Shown here one piece after another: positions 18,827 to 29,774 of a stretch of DNA of 64,000 nucleotides. The stretch spans positions 10,535 through 74,534 of the forward strand of contig JBBJMR010000004.1 of assembly GCA_037720395.1 (NCBI GenBank). The letters are read 5' to 3'. How positions within the stretch are numbered: the first letter of the stretch is position 1; each line of letters opens with the position of its first letter. Source of the DNA: Polyangiaceae bacterium (GTDB lineage Bacteria > Myxococcota_A > Polyangia > Polyangiales > Polyangiaceae). A program made the translations under genes and the position numbers. The notes under the pieces were generated by a model that was given only the letters and a program-made list of their open reading frames with translations, had not been told where the DNA came from and ran no database searches.

Positions 18827-20506
18827 ATGCGGGCAGGAGCAGGAAACCCACGAGCGCTCGCGGCGGCGCTGCTCGTGGCCGCAGCGTGCACGACGCGTGC
18901 AGCGGCGGCCGACATCACCGGCGTGGTGGTGACCATCGACTCCGGCGACCTGGTCCTCGACCTCGGCGCCGAGCAAGGCATCCGCGAAGGCCAGGAGGTC
19001 GAGATCTGGCGACCGCTGACGCTGCGCCACCCGGTGACCGGCAAGCGGATCGCCGATCGCTTCAAGATCGGGACGCTGGTCATCGGCCAGGTGCGCCCCA
19101 CCATCGCCATTGCCACACCTGTCGACGGGCTCTCCCGCGATCCTGCGGCTGGCGACGTGATCGTGGTGCGCGGCGCAGGCGGTCCGGCGCCCGCGCCCGC
19201 AGCGCCCGCGCCCGCAGCGCCCGGGCGTGCGCCGGTGGTGCTCGCGCCACCCCCGCCCTCCGAAGGACCAGCGAAGGCCGGAGGTGCCGCCCCGGCCTCC
19301 GATCCCGAGGCGGCCGCGCTGGCGGTGATGTTCGACGGGCTCCGCGGCGCCACGCTCTCCGTGCGCATCCGCTCCTACGAGGAGTACACGCGCACCCGGC
19401 CGCGGAGCCGCTTCGCGCCGGTGCTCTACGAGGAGGCGCAGGCGCTGCGGGCCATCTACGCCGGCGCCAGGCGCGGCGACGGCGACCCGACCGCAGGCAC
19501 CGGACCGCCTCGACCCAGGCTCCGCGGCTTCGTTCCACCCGACGAGGTGCGCGCCAACGAGCCGTTGCGCCTGGCGGTGGAGCTCGCCGACGCGTCCGGC
19601 GCCGTGCTCCACGCGCGACGACCGGGCGAGGGGACGTTCGCCTCCACCCCGATGACCGCCGTGGGCGCCGGCTACTTCGCCGCCCACGTGCCCGCCGCCA
19701 AGGTCACCGGCACGGAGGTGGAGATCTTCATCGAGGGCACCGACGCCAGCGGCGCCGCCACGCCCGTGCTCGGCACCCCCGACGCGCCTACCACCGTCTC
19801 GGTGCGTCCGCCGCCGCGGCCGCGCGCCCCCGAGAACCGTCGCTCCAGCGTCTTCGTGCTCACCGACTACGCCAGCTACAACCGGCTCGAGGGCAACGAC
19901 GTCGCCTGGCAGACGGAGGGCTACTTCGGCCAGCGATTCGGTGACGTCGGGGTGCGCGCGCTGCGCACCGGCTTCGGCGTGTACCGCGGCGTCGGCGGGA
20001 CGCTCGAGGAGCTCGACCAGCGGGGCCTCGACGGTCGCAAGGTCGGCCTCACCTACGGCTACCTGGAGACCGAGCTCGGCGTGGTGGCGTCGTTCGCGTT
20101 CGTGGCGCGGGCCGTCGTCGGGCTGCTCGACGACGGCGTGTCCGGCGGCGGGCAGCTGCAGGTGCGCATCGGCAGCGATCTGGAGACCAACCTGGTGCTC
20201 GGGGGCGAGCTGCTCGGTGGAGTCGGCCTGCGCAGCTTCGCCCAGCTCGAGCTCAACACCTTCCGGCGCTTCCCCATCGTCCTGCGCAGCGAGGTGACCA
20301 ATCAGCCGGCAGGCGCCGGGCCCAGCGAGGACGACCTCGGCCCGGGCATCGCGCAAGGCGACGGGGAGGTCGGCGCCCGCGGCATCGCCCAGCTGGGCTT
20401 TCGCATCGTGCCCCAGCTCGTGGTCGCCGCGCGCGGCTCGTTCCAGGGGCGGACCATCAACCATGCGGGGCCCGGCGCCGGGCTCGGGGTGGGGTACGAA
20501 TGGTGA
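18827..20506 (+). CDS. Secreted protein with putative C-terminal beta-barrel (ends ...GVGYEW)
   Basis: Signal peptide ALAAALLVAAACTTRAAAA. Alternating-residue C-terminal region with a terminal aromatic residue. Paralogous to the next gene. Confidence 0.5.
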   Translation: MRAGAGNPRALAAALLVAAACTTRAAAADITGVVVTIDSGDLVLDLGAEQGIREGQEVEIWRPLTLRHPVTGKRIADRFKIGTLVIGQVRPTIAIATPVDGLSRDPAAGDVIVVRGAGGPAPAPAAPAPAAPGRAPVVLAPPPPSEGPAKAGGAAPASDPEAAALAVMFDGLRGATLSVRIRSYEEYTRTRPRSRFAPVLYEEAQALRAIYAGARRGDGDPTAGTGPPRPRLRGFVPPDEVRANEPLRLAVELADASGAVLHARRPGEGTFASTPMTAVGAGYFAAHVPAAKVTGTEVEIFIEGTDASGAATPVLGTPDAPTTVSVRPPPRPRAPENRRSSVFVLTDYASYNRLEGNDVAWQTEGYFGQRFGDVGVRALRTGFGVYRGVGGTLEELDQRGLDGRKVGLTYGYLETELGVVASFAFVARAVVGLLDDGVSGGGQLQVRIGSDLETNLVLGGELLGGVGLRSFAQLELNTFRRFPIVLRSEVTNQPAGAGPSEDDLGPGIAQGDGEVGARGIAQLGFRIVPQLVVAARGSFQGRTINHAGPGAGLGVGYEW

Positions 20507-21753
20507 GCGACACTGTTGCGCATCGGACCTCGGACGTCGCCGTTCTGGCTGCGATCATTGACGCCGCCTCGACGCTGTCGGCGCAGCCGGCCAGCAGCGG
20601 TGCGCCGGACGCCCCGCCCGCCGCCTCCACGGCACCGGATGCCACGGCGTCCGGGCCAGCGAGCGGTGCTGCCACGACGGCGGCCGCCTCCGCCGGGGCT
20701 TCCGCGCCGCGTCTGCATCACGCTCCGTTCTCGGTCGCCCGCCCGCACGAGCCGCTGAAGATCCGTGCCGAGGTCGAACACCCTCAGCTCCTCCGCGGCG
20801 CCAGCGTCGTCTACCGCAGTGCCAGCGGCGCCACGCGCGCCGTGCAATTCGCGCGCGCGCCCGCGGGAGGCTACCTGGCCGTCATCCCCGCCGAGGAGGT
20901 GGTCCCGCCCGCGCTCGCCTACACCATCGAGCTCGAGCACATCGACGGCTCGCGCAGCAGCGCCTTCGCCTCGCGGGCGGAGATGCAGCCGGTGCAGGTC
21001 CTCGAGGACGACATGGATGCGCGCGAGCGCGCTCAGCTCGAGCGCCTCGGCGGCCGTCGCTCGGTGGCCACGGTCGGCATGGACCTGGTGAGCTTCGGAG
21101 AGACCTCTGGCAAGGGCGCCATCCCCTGCGCCGCGGGCGGGGCTGGCTGCCAGCCCGGGCAGAGCAAGGTCCCCGTGCGAATCAACGATCAGTACTGGAA
21201 GGTCGAGGCCGCTTACACCTACCGCTTCCTGCGCACGGTGGCCGAGTTCAGCCTGCGCGGCGGGGTGGTGCGCGGAACGTCGTTGGTACAGCTCGAGGAG
21301 TACGACGAGGATCGATACGACGTCGGCCTCAACTATGCCGCACCGAGCTTGCGCTTCCGGCTCGCCGACACCTGGCACCTGGAGGCGGAGGTGCTCACCA
21401 GCGTCACCGAGGTCGGGTTCTCGGTGGGCACCGGCGCGGCCTTGCTCATCGGCGACCCCTACGGCTCGCGTCTCACGCTCGGCGCGCAGACCATCGGCGT
21501 TGCCGAGGGGACTTACTTCGGGACGCGCATCTACAGCCGCATGGACATTGCCGCGACGGAGCGCGTCACCATCGCCCCGATCATCGAGGCCACGGACATG
21601 CCGCACGCCGACGTCTTCGGCGTGCGCTTGCTGGCCGAGGCCTCGGTGGCCATCGGGGGTGGGTTCGGCGTGGCGGTGCGGGGCGGCTATCAGGCGCGAC
21701 GCTCTGCCTCCGGCGGCGTCGGGGTGGGCGGAACGGCGTCGCTGGCGTTCTGA
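20500..21753 (+). CDS. Paralogous secreted protein with putative C-terminal beta-barrel (ends ...ASLAF)
   Basis: ATGGTGA start/stop overlap with the upstream gene. Shares a middle domain (HAPFSVARPHEPLKIRAEV... versus FVPPDEVRANEPLRLAVEL...). Terminal Phe. Confidence 0.5.
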   Translation: MVSDTVAHRTSDVAVLAAIIDAASTLSAQPASSGAPDAPPAASTAPDATASGPASGAATTAAASAGASAPRLHHAPFSVARPHEPLKIRAEVEHPQLLRGASVVYRSASGATRAVQFARAPAGGYLAVIPAEEVVPPALAYTIELEHIDGSRSSAFASRAEMQPVQVLEDDMDARERAQLERLGGRRSVATVGMDLVSFGETSGKGAIPCAAGGAGCQPGQSKVPVRINDQYWKVEAAYTYRFLRTVAEFSLRGGVVRGTSLVQLEEYDEDRYDVGLNYAAPSLRFRLADTWHLEAEVLTSVTEVGFSVGTGAALLIGDPYGSRLTLGAQTIGVAEGTYFGTRIYSRMDIAATERVTIAPIIEATDMPHADVFGVRLLAEASVAIGGGFGVAVRGGYQARRSASGGVGVGGTASLAF

Positions 21754-21865
21754 GCGGCCGCCGGCGCCCGGCGTGGCGCTGGCGTCGACGACCCTCGGCC
21801 CGACCGCTGTCCAGACCCGTCGGCGCTCGGAATCCTGCGCAGAAAAGCAGCGTAGGCTGCCCGCC

Positions 21866-22321
21866 ATGCCGAAGATCGATCGCTCCACGGCCGAGGTCTC
21901 GAAAGGTGCCGGTTATCCCGAGCCGTTTGCGGCCGCGTGCCGGGGGCGCGAGCGCACGCGCCTGGGCAAGGCGGGCGGGCTCGGCGACTTCGGGGTCAAC
22001 CTGCTCCGCTTGCCGCCGGGCGCCTGGTCGAGCCAGCGCCACTGGCACACGAAGGAGGACGAGCTGGTCTGGGTCGTGGAGGGCGAGGTGACGCTCGTCG
22101 AGGACGGGGCCGAGACGCGCCTCGTCCCGGGCGACTGCGCGGCCTTCCCGGCGGGCGCGCAGAACGGCCACCACCTCGTCAATCGCAGCGATCGCGACGC
22201 GGTGGTGCTGGAGGTCGGCTCCAGTCGCGAGGAGGACGTCTGCCACTACCCGGACATCGATCTCCAGGCGCGCCCGGAGGGCTACGTCCACCGGGACGGC
22301 ACGCCCTACCCCGAGCGCTGA
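21866..22321 (+). CDS. Cupin-domain protein
   Basis: 151 aa from the ATG at 21866. Cupin motifs HWHTKEDELVWVVEGE and PAGAQNGHHLVN. Confidence 0.75.
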   Translation: MPKIDRSTAEVSKGAGYPEPFAAACRGRERTRLGKAGGLGDFGVNLLRLPPGAWSSQRHWHTKEDELVWVVEGEVTLVEDGAETRLVPGDCAAFPAGAQNGHHLVNRSDRDAVVLEVGSSREEDVCHYPDIDLQARPEGYVHRDGTPYPER

Positions 22322-22511
22322 GGCGACGCGCCCCCGGGGTCGAATCCCGCGGAACCAACTCCCCCCGCCGGCCGTATGGCGCTCGGGGCCGCGCCTCGGC
22401 ATCATGGGCTTCGCCATCCGGGCCGCGCCCCCATTCTGGCGGCCTTCGCAGTACCTCGCGCCCGCGGGCGCACCGCAAGGAGCGACGGCTCGCGCCGTCG
22501 ACCGATACCCG

Positions 22512-23411
22512 ATGGACCTCGTTCGTTACGCGCTGCCCTCGTTGCTGGCGCTGTCGATGCCGTTGCTGTCCGCCTGCGAGGGCGGCGCATCCGATGCCGG
22601 GCTTGCCCCCACGGCGACGGCGCTGGCGCCGAGCAAGCCGGCGGCGGCCTCGGCGCGCCCGATGGTCATCGACAAGGCCTCGAGCAAGCTCGACTTCATG
22701 ATGGAGGCGCCGGTGGAGAAGATCCGTGGCCGCGTCGTGGGCGCCACCGAGGGGCAGATCCAGGTCGACCCCAGCGACATCTCCAAGACCACCGGCTTCC
22801 TCGCCGCCGACATCTCGGGCATCGAGCTCTACCAGCAGGTGCAGGACGACAAGACGAAGGAGTTCGGCAAGGAGGTGAAGAACGACACCCAGAACGAGCA
22901 CGCGCGCCAGTGGCTGGAGATCGGTCCGGACGCGCCCGAGGACGCGCGCAAGAACAACGGCCGCGTCGAGTTCGCCATCCGGAGGATCGAGGGCGCGTCC
23001 CAGAACGACGTCTCGAAGATGACCGGGCCGACCCGCAAGGTGACCTTCAAGGCCGTCGGCGACTTCCTCCTGCACGGGCGCAAGACGGAGAAGACCGCGG
23101 AGCTCGAGGCGACGTTCACCTACGCCGGCGACGAGCCGACCGCGGTCAGCGTGCGCACGGTGAAGCCGTTCGCCGTTGGCCTGGCCGAGCACGACGTCCG
23201 CCCGCGCAAGGGGTTCGGCGTCCTGGCCGAGAAGGGCCTGGAGCTGCTCGCGCCCAAGGTGGCCAAAGAGGCGCTGGTGTCCGTGGAGGTCATGGCGCGT
23301 CCGGGAACCATGCCGGCGGGCTCGTCCGCTGCCGCGCCGGGCGCCAGCGGGGCCCCGGCGGCCAGCGCGGCCGCCGCTGCTGCATCCGCTTCGAGCGCCG
23401 GGGCGAAGTGA
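22512..23411 (+). CDS. YceI-like periplasmic lipoprotein
   Basis: Lipobox LLSAC. Beta-rich domain with SKLDFMMEAPVEKIRGRV and GDFLLHGRKTEKTAEL, resembling the YceI pattern. Ala-rich tail. Confidence 0.5.
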   Translation: MDLVRYALPSLLALSMPLLSACEGGASDAGLAPTATALAPSKPAAASARPMVIDKASSKLDFMMEAPVEKIRGRVVGATEGQIQVDPSDISKTTGFLAADISGIELYQQVQDDKTKEFGKEVKNDTQNEHARQWLEIGPDAPEDARKNNGRVEFAIRRIEGASQNDVSKMTGPTRKVTFKAVGDFLLHGRKTEKTAELEATFTYAGDEPTAVSVRTVKPFAVGLAEHDVRPRKGFGVLAEKGLELLAPKVAKEALVSVEVMARPGTMPAGSSAAAPGASGAPAASAAAAAASASSAGAK

Positions 23412-23441
23412 GCGAGATGGGATAACCTCGGTGGTCTCGAA

Positions 23442-23467
23442 TGAAACCGAGCTGGCGCCGAGGCGTA
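23442..23467 (+). promoter_or_regulatory. Candidate ECF-sigma-type promoter (TGAAAC-N16-CGTA)
   Basis: An AAC-N16-CGT arrangement lies about 40 nt upstream of the precursor ATG. RBS GGAGGAG at 23491-23497. Motif-level inference only. Confidence 0.3.
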
Positions 23468-23504
23468 GTGTCGGGGAAGCGAACGAAAGCGGAGGAGTCG
23501 AGCG

Positions 23505-23876
23505 ATGTTCCAGATGAAGCAGATCTACGAGACGTTGGCGGTGCTGGGCACGGGTGCGGTGCTCCTCACGGGTTGCGGCGGATCCGACACGCCGGTCAAC
23601 GCGCCCGAGGTCCCCGCTGCGGCGCCGGCCGGGGCCGCCGCGCCCGAGGCCGCCACGCCCGCCACCACCGAGGGCACCGCCGGCGATGCGGCCGCCGCCG
23701 ACGGCAACGCCGCTGCGGCGCCGGCCGACGCCGCGGCCGCCGCCTCGGCGAGCGCAGGCTCCACCGCCGCGGCGCGACCGCCGCCGCCGGTCGTCAAGAA
23801 GGCACCCGCCAAGAAGGCCGCCGCCACCAAGAAGAAGGGCGCCGCCGGCAGCTGCGGCGAGGGCACCTGCGGCTGA
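23505..23876 (+). CDS. Putative lipoprotein-type RiPP/metallophore precursor (C-terminal SCGEGTCG)
   Basis: 123 aa. Lipobox LLTGC (Cys24), a long Ala/Pro-rich low-complexity linker, then a Lys-rich stretch. The only other Cys residues are Cys117 and Cys122 at the extreme C-terminus. Sits immediately upstream of the DUF692/DUF2063 pair. Confidence 0.5.
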   Translation: MFQMKQIYETLAVLGTGAVLLTGCGGSDTPVNAPEVPAAAPAGAAAPEAATPATTEGTAGDAAAADGNAAAAPADAAAAASASAGSTAAARPPPPVVKKAPAKKAAATKKKGAAGSCGEGTCG

Positions 23877-23883
23877 GCTGCTG

Positions 23884-23905
23884 GCGCGGCCCGCACGGGT
23901 CGCGC
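23884..23905 (+). promoter_or_regulatory. GC-rich stem-loop between precursor and maturase genes
   Basis: 9-bp stem (GCGCGGCCC / GGGTCGCGC with one G-U pair) and 4-nt loop, starting 8 nt after the precursor stop. No U-tract. Confidence 0.4.
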
Positions 23906-23932
23906 AGCGCACGGCAGTAGAAGGGGTGCAGG

Positions 23933-24817
23933 GTGGGCACCGTCGGCGTCGGGCTCGGACTGCGCTGGGACTTCCTCGAGGACGTCCTGGAGCGCATGGA
24001 GGGCGACGCCGGGGCCCTGGCACCCCTTTCGTTCTTCGAGGTCTCGCCGGAGAACTACATGCGCCGCGGTGGGTACTACCCGTCGGCGCTCGAGCGCGTG
24101 GCCGCGCGCTTCCCGCTCGTCGCCCACGGGCTGACGCTGTCGCTCGGAAGCCGCGATCCCTTCGACCTGGCTTACCTCGGCGAGCTGCGCGCCTTCCTCG
24201 GGCGCCTGGACGTGTCGCTCTACAGCGATCACCTCTGCTTCTCGGGCGACGGCGGACGGCTGGTGCACGAGCTGCTGCCTCTGCCGCTCACCACCGCCTC
24301 GGCGGTGCACGCCGCCGAGCGCCTGTGCGAGGTCTCGGGGCGCCTGGAGCGCGCGGTGGCAGTGGAGAACGTCACCCACTACCTGATCCCCGGCGCCGCC
24401 GCCCTCGACGAGGCGGACTTCATCGCCGAGGTGCTCGAGCGCGCCGACGCGCGCCTTGTCCTGGACGTGAACAACGTGGTCGTCAATGCAAAGAACTACG
24501 GCTTCGACGCGCGTCGCTTCCTGGAGCGCTTGCCGCTCTCGCGCGTCGTCCAGGTGCACGTCGCCGGGCACGAGTGGTCCGAGGACGATGGCCTCTTCCT
24601 CGACAGCCACGGCGCGCCCGTCGACGATCCGGTCTTCGCACACCTCGAGTGGCTGGTGGAGCGCACCGGGCCGGTGCCGGTGCTCCTGGAGCGCGACCAC
24701 CAGGTGCCGCCGCTCGACACGCTGCTGGAGGAGGCGACGCGCGTGGAGGCCGCCTACCGCCGCGGGCTCTCACGGCGCGCCGTGGACGCGCCGGCGCTGG
24801 GTGCGAGCCATGGGTGA
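23933..24817 (+). CDS. DUF692 family (MbnB/TglH-like) multinuclear non-heme iron enzyme
   Basis: Family hallmarks [71 protein letters not shown] and LLERD. Confidence 0.85.
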   Translation: MGTVGVGLGLRWDFLEDVLERMEGDAGALAPLSFFEVSPENYMRRGGYYPSALERVAARFPLVAHGLTLSLGSRDPFDLAYLGELRAFLGRLDVSLYSDHLCFSGDGGRLVHELLPLPLTTASAVHAAERLCEVSGRLERAVAVENVTHYLIPGAAALDEADFIAEVLERADARLVLDVNNVVVNAKNYGFDARRFLERLPLSRVVQVHVAGHEWSEDDGLFLDSHGAPVDDPVFAHLEWLVERTGPVPVLLERDHQVPPLDTLLEEATRVEAAYRRGLSRRAVDAPALGASHG

Positions 24818-25652
24818 GCGCCCCGACGCCGTGGCGCCGCGCGAGCGCGCCCGCTTCGAGGCCCTGCTCGGCGCCGTGCACCAGCTCATCCAGGACGCGG
24901 ACGCGCCGGCCGCGGTGGCCGGGGATCGCCGCGCCTGGCTGAGCGCACACGGCGTGCATGCCGACGACATCGAGGCGCTGTGTGCGCTCCCGCCGGCGCG
25001 GCTGCTCCTGTATCGCAAGCTGGCGCGACGCACGCTGCGCGGCGCCATCCGCCAGGAGGTCCCGCGCACCGCGGCCCGCCTGGGCGAGCGCTTCGAGGCC
25101 GACGTGGAGCGCTGGCTCGACCTCGAGATGCCGCGCTCGCACTACCTGCGCGACGTGGCCTTCGAGCTGGTGGCCTGGGTGGTGCCGCGCTGGGCCGCCG
25201 ACCCCGCGGTTCCGGCGTGGATGGGGGAGCTGGCCCAGCACGAGCTGATGGAGCTGGCCGTGGCCACCACCCCGGCAGCGGCGCCCGGCGCCCCGCCGGC
25301 CCCGCTGGCCCTCGATCGCGGTCTGGCCTTCCACCCGGCGGCGCGCGTCATCCGCTACCGCCACGCCGTGCACCAGCTCGCTGCCGATCTCGACGCGCGC
25401 GACGAGCCGCCGGCGCGCGAGACGGCGCTCTTCGCCTACCGCGACATCGCCGGGGAGGTGCGCTGGCTCGAGCTGTCGCCGCTGGCTGCGCGCCTGGTGG
25501 AGCGCGCGCTGGAGGGCGAGACGCTGCAGGTCGCCCTGGCCGACGCCTGCGCGGACACCGCCGAGACCCTGCGCCAGCCCGTCCTCGAAGGAGCGGCGCG
25601 CCTGCTCGCCGACCTGGCCGAGCGCGGCGCCCTGCTGGGGAGCGCCGGGTGA
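24810..25652 (+). CDS. DUF2063-like partner protein (MbnC/BufC/HvfC-type)
   Basis: 280 aa. 8-nt overlap with the DUF692 stop. Size and position match the obligate DUF692 partner. Sequence-level call is by recollection only. Confidence 0.55.
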   Translation: MGERPDAVAPRERARFEALLGAVHQLIQDADAPAAVAGDRRAWLSAHGVHADDIEALCALPPARLLLYRKLARRTLRGAIRQEVPRTAARLGERFEADVERWLDLEMPRSHYLRDVAFELVAWVVPRWAADPAVPAWMGELAQHELMELAVATTPAAAPGAPPAPLALDRGLAFHPAARVIRYRHAVHQLAADLDARDEPPARETALFAYRDIAGEVRWLELSPLAARLVERALEGETLQVALADACADTAETLRQPVLEGAARLLADLAERGALLGSAG

Positions 25653-25707
25653 GACTCGTGGGCCGGCTCCCGTCAGCGGTGCTACCGTCGCGCCCGCTGC
25701 GCCGATC

Positions 25708-26292
25708 ATGGACGAACCGGGCCTCAACGCGGCGATGGACCGCTACGCCTGCGGCGACGCGAGCGCCTTCGCCGTCATCCACGGCGAGCTCTTGCCGCGC
25801 CTGCGGGCGTTCCTCACCCGCATGACCGGCTCGCCGACGCTCGCCGACGACCTGGTGCAGGAGACCTTCCTGCGCATGCACCGCGCGCGCGCCACCTTCG
25901 TCGCCGGCGGCGCGGTGCTGCCCTGGGCCTACGCCATCGCCCGCAACGTGCACCTCGACCACGGCCGCTCCGCGCGCCTGCGCAAGACCGAGCGCCTGCC
26001 CAGCGATCCCGGCGCCGAGCCGGAGGACCCGTCGGCGACCGACGCCGAGTCGGCGGCCATCGCGGCCCAGGCGGCGCGCACCGTGGAGCGCGTGCTGGCC
26101 CGCCTGCCCCCGCAGCAGCGCGAGGCCTTCGTGCTCATCCGCTACGAAGGGATGAGCGTGCAGGACGCGGCGGCCATCCTCGGCGCCACGCCGACCGCGG
26201 TGAAGCTGCGCGCCTTCCGCGCCTACGAGGCGCTGCGCGCGGAGCTCGCCGAGCTGCGCGGACAGAGCAAGGGAGCCAGCGATGGCGCCTGA
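25708..26292 (+). CDS. ECF RNA polymerase sigma factor
   Basis: Region 2 (LADDLVQETFLRMHRA) and region 4 (LPPQQREAFVLIRYEGMSVQDAAAILGATPTAVKLRAFRA). Confidence 0.85.
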   Translation: MDEPGLNAAMDRYACGDASAFAVIHGELLPRLRAFLTRMTGSPTLADDLVQETFLRMHRARATFVAGGAVLPWAYAIARNVHLDHGRSARLRKTERLPSDPGAEPEDPSATDAESAAIAAQAARTVERVLARLPPQQREAFVLIRYEGMSVQDAAAILGATPTAVKLRAFRAYEALRAELAELRGQSKGASDGA

Positions 26293-26959
26293 CCTCGGCG
26301 ACCTGGCGGCGCTGGCCGACATCCCCGATCCGGTGCGGGCCGCCGCGCCGCCGGTGCCGGAAGCGGTCGCGCCGGCGGAGCCCTCGCCCACCCGCGCGCA
26401 GCGGCGGCGCCGGCTGATCATCGGCCTGGTGCTGGCCCTGTGCTGGGTGGCGGCGCTGACGCTGAAGACGGGTCTGCGCCCCGACCTGACGCCCTCGCTG
26501 CTCCTGGAGCTCGGCCTGTGGTCGGTGATGGCGGTGGTGGCCCTGGCCGTGGCGCTCTACCCGGGCCAGCGCGGTGTCTCGCTGCGCGTGTCGCTGCTCG
26601 GCGCCGCGCTCCTGGGCCTGCCGGCGTTCTTCCTGATCACCGCCCTGGCCTGGTCGATGGACGCGCCGCCGGTGCCGCTGACGCTGGCGACCTGGCGCGG
26701 TTGCATGAGCCTGGCCACGGGCATCGGGCTCGGGCCTCTGCTCATCGCGCTCTACCTGTTCCGGCACGCCTTCGTGGCCGCCGCCCCCTGGCGCCTCGGG
26801 CTCCTCGGGGCGGTCTGCGGGCTGGCGGGGACCATCGGCTGTCAGGCGCACTGCCCGCTGGGGCAGGCGTTCAGTCATGTCTCGCTGGCGCACGGCCTGC
26901 CCATCCTGATCGGCGGCATCGCCGGCCTGGCCTGGGGCCACTGGCGCGGCCGGGCCTGA
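26282..26959 (+). CDS. NrsF-like (DUF1109) multi-pass membrane anti-sigma factor
   Basis: 11-nt overlap with the sigma gene. About 6 TM helices with conserved-looking Cys/His residues near helix ends (GCMSLA, GCQAHCPLG, HVSLAHG). Confidence 0.5.
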   Translation: MAPDLGDLAALADIPDPVRAAAPPVPEAVAPAEPSPTRAQRRRRLIIGLVLALCWVAALTLKTGLRPDLTPSLLLELGLWSVMAVVALAVALYPGQRGVSLRVSLLGAALLGLPAFFLITALAWSMDAPPVPLTLATWRGCMSLATGIGLGPLLIALYLFRHAFVAAAPWRLGLLGAVCGLAGTIGCQAHCPLGQAFSHVSLAHGLPILIGGIAGLAWGHWRGRA

Positions 26960-27082
26960 CGTGTTTCGTCGGGCAACAGAGGGGTGGGAGCCGGCGCCGG
27001 TCGCCGCGCGTAGAATCGCCGCCGGCGACCACGGCACGTGCATCCGTCCCGGGGCACGCCGGCGAATGGGGATCCGAGGCCG

Positions 27083-29215
<2,133 letters not shown>

Positions 29216-29234
29216 CGTTGCGGCTTGCGACTGA

Positions 29235-29768
29235 TCAGATGAGATCGATCCGCACCAGGTCTCTCGCGTACTCGGCGTGAACTTCGTCTGCGAGGCAGTG
29301 CGACAGCAGCGTTCCGTCGTTCGTAACCAGGACCCCTCGCTCGCGCTCGGTGCGAGCCTCCCGCGCGAGGTGCAGCAAGCCGGTATCTACGAGCCCCAGG
29401 TCGACCACGCGGTCCTCGTCCAAGTTGGAGAACGAAACGAGCCGCTCCTCGATTTCGCACTCCATCCACATTGCGCGCAAGGCGTTCCAGGCGCGCTGGC
29501 GGAAGGTGCGCTTCTCACCGCGAAGCGCGTGGTCCTCGCCGGTGCGAACGTGGCTGGCCAGTTCCGAGAGTACGCCGCTCGAGGTCCAGACGCGGCCCCG
29601 ATGCCGCAGCAGCAGGGAGAGGAACAGGTCGGCCTCGGCGTTATTCCGCAGTCCGTGCAGTTGAGGAGGGTGCCGCCAGCGTACGCGGTAGGGTCCAGAC
29701 TCGCAGCGGAGTACGAGAGAGTCGAGGAGCGGGCCGGCATCGATGACGAGGACGTCTCGCGGCCCCAC
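29235..29768 (-). CDS. PIN-domain-like protein
   Basis: 177 aa. Acidic positions in PIN-like contexts (VLVIDAGPLL, LSELASH, LVDTGLL, VLVTNDG). Lower GC than the flanks. Confidence 0.4.
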   Translation of the reverse strand: MGPRDVLVIDAGPLLDSLVLRCESGPYRVRWRHPPQLHGLRNNAEADLFLSLLLRHRGRVWTSSGVLSELASHVRTGEDHALRGEKRTFRQRAWNALRAMWMECEIEERLVSFSNLDEDRVVDLGLVDTGLLHLAREARTERERGVLVTNDGTLLSHCLADEVHAEYARDLVRIDLI

Positions 29769-29774
29769 GACGGA

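Noticed and set aside
22179-24023. 614-aa minus-strand ORF across the YceI-like and precursor genes
   Set aside because: It has the same off-frame composition. The plus-strand genes have signal peptides, an RBS and operon logic.
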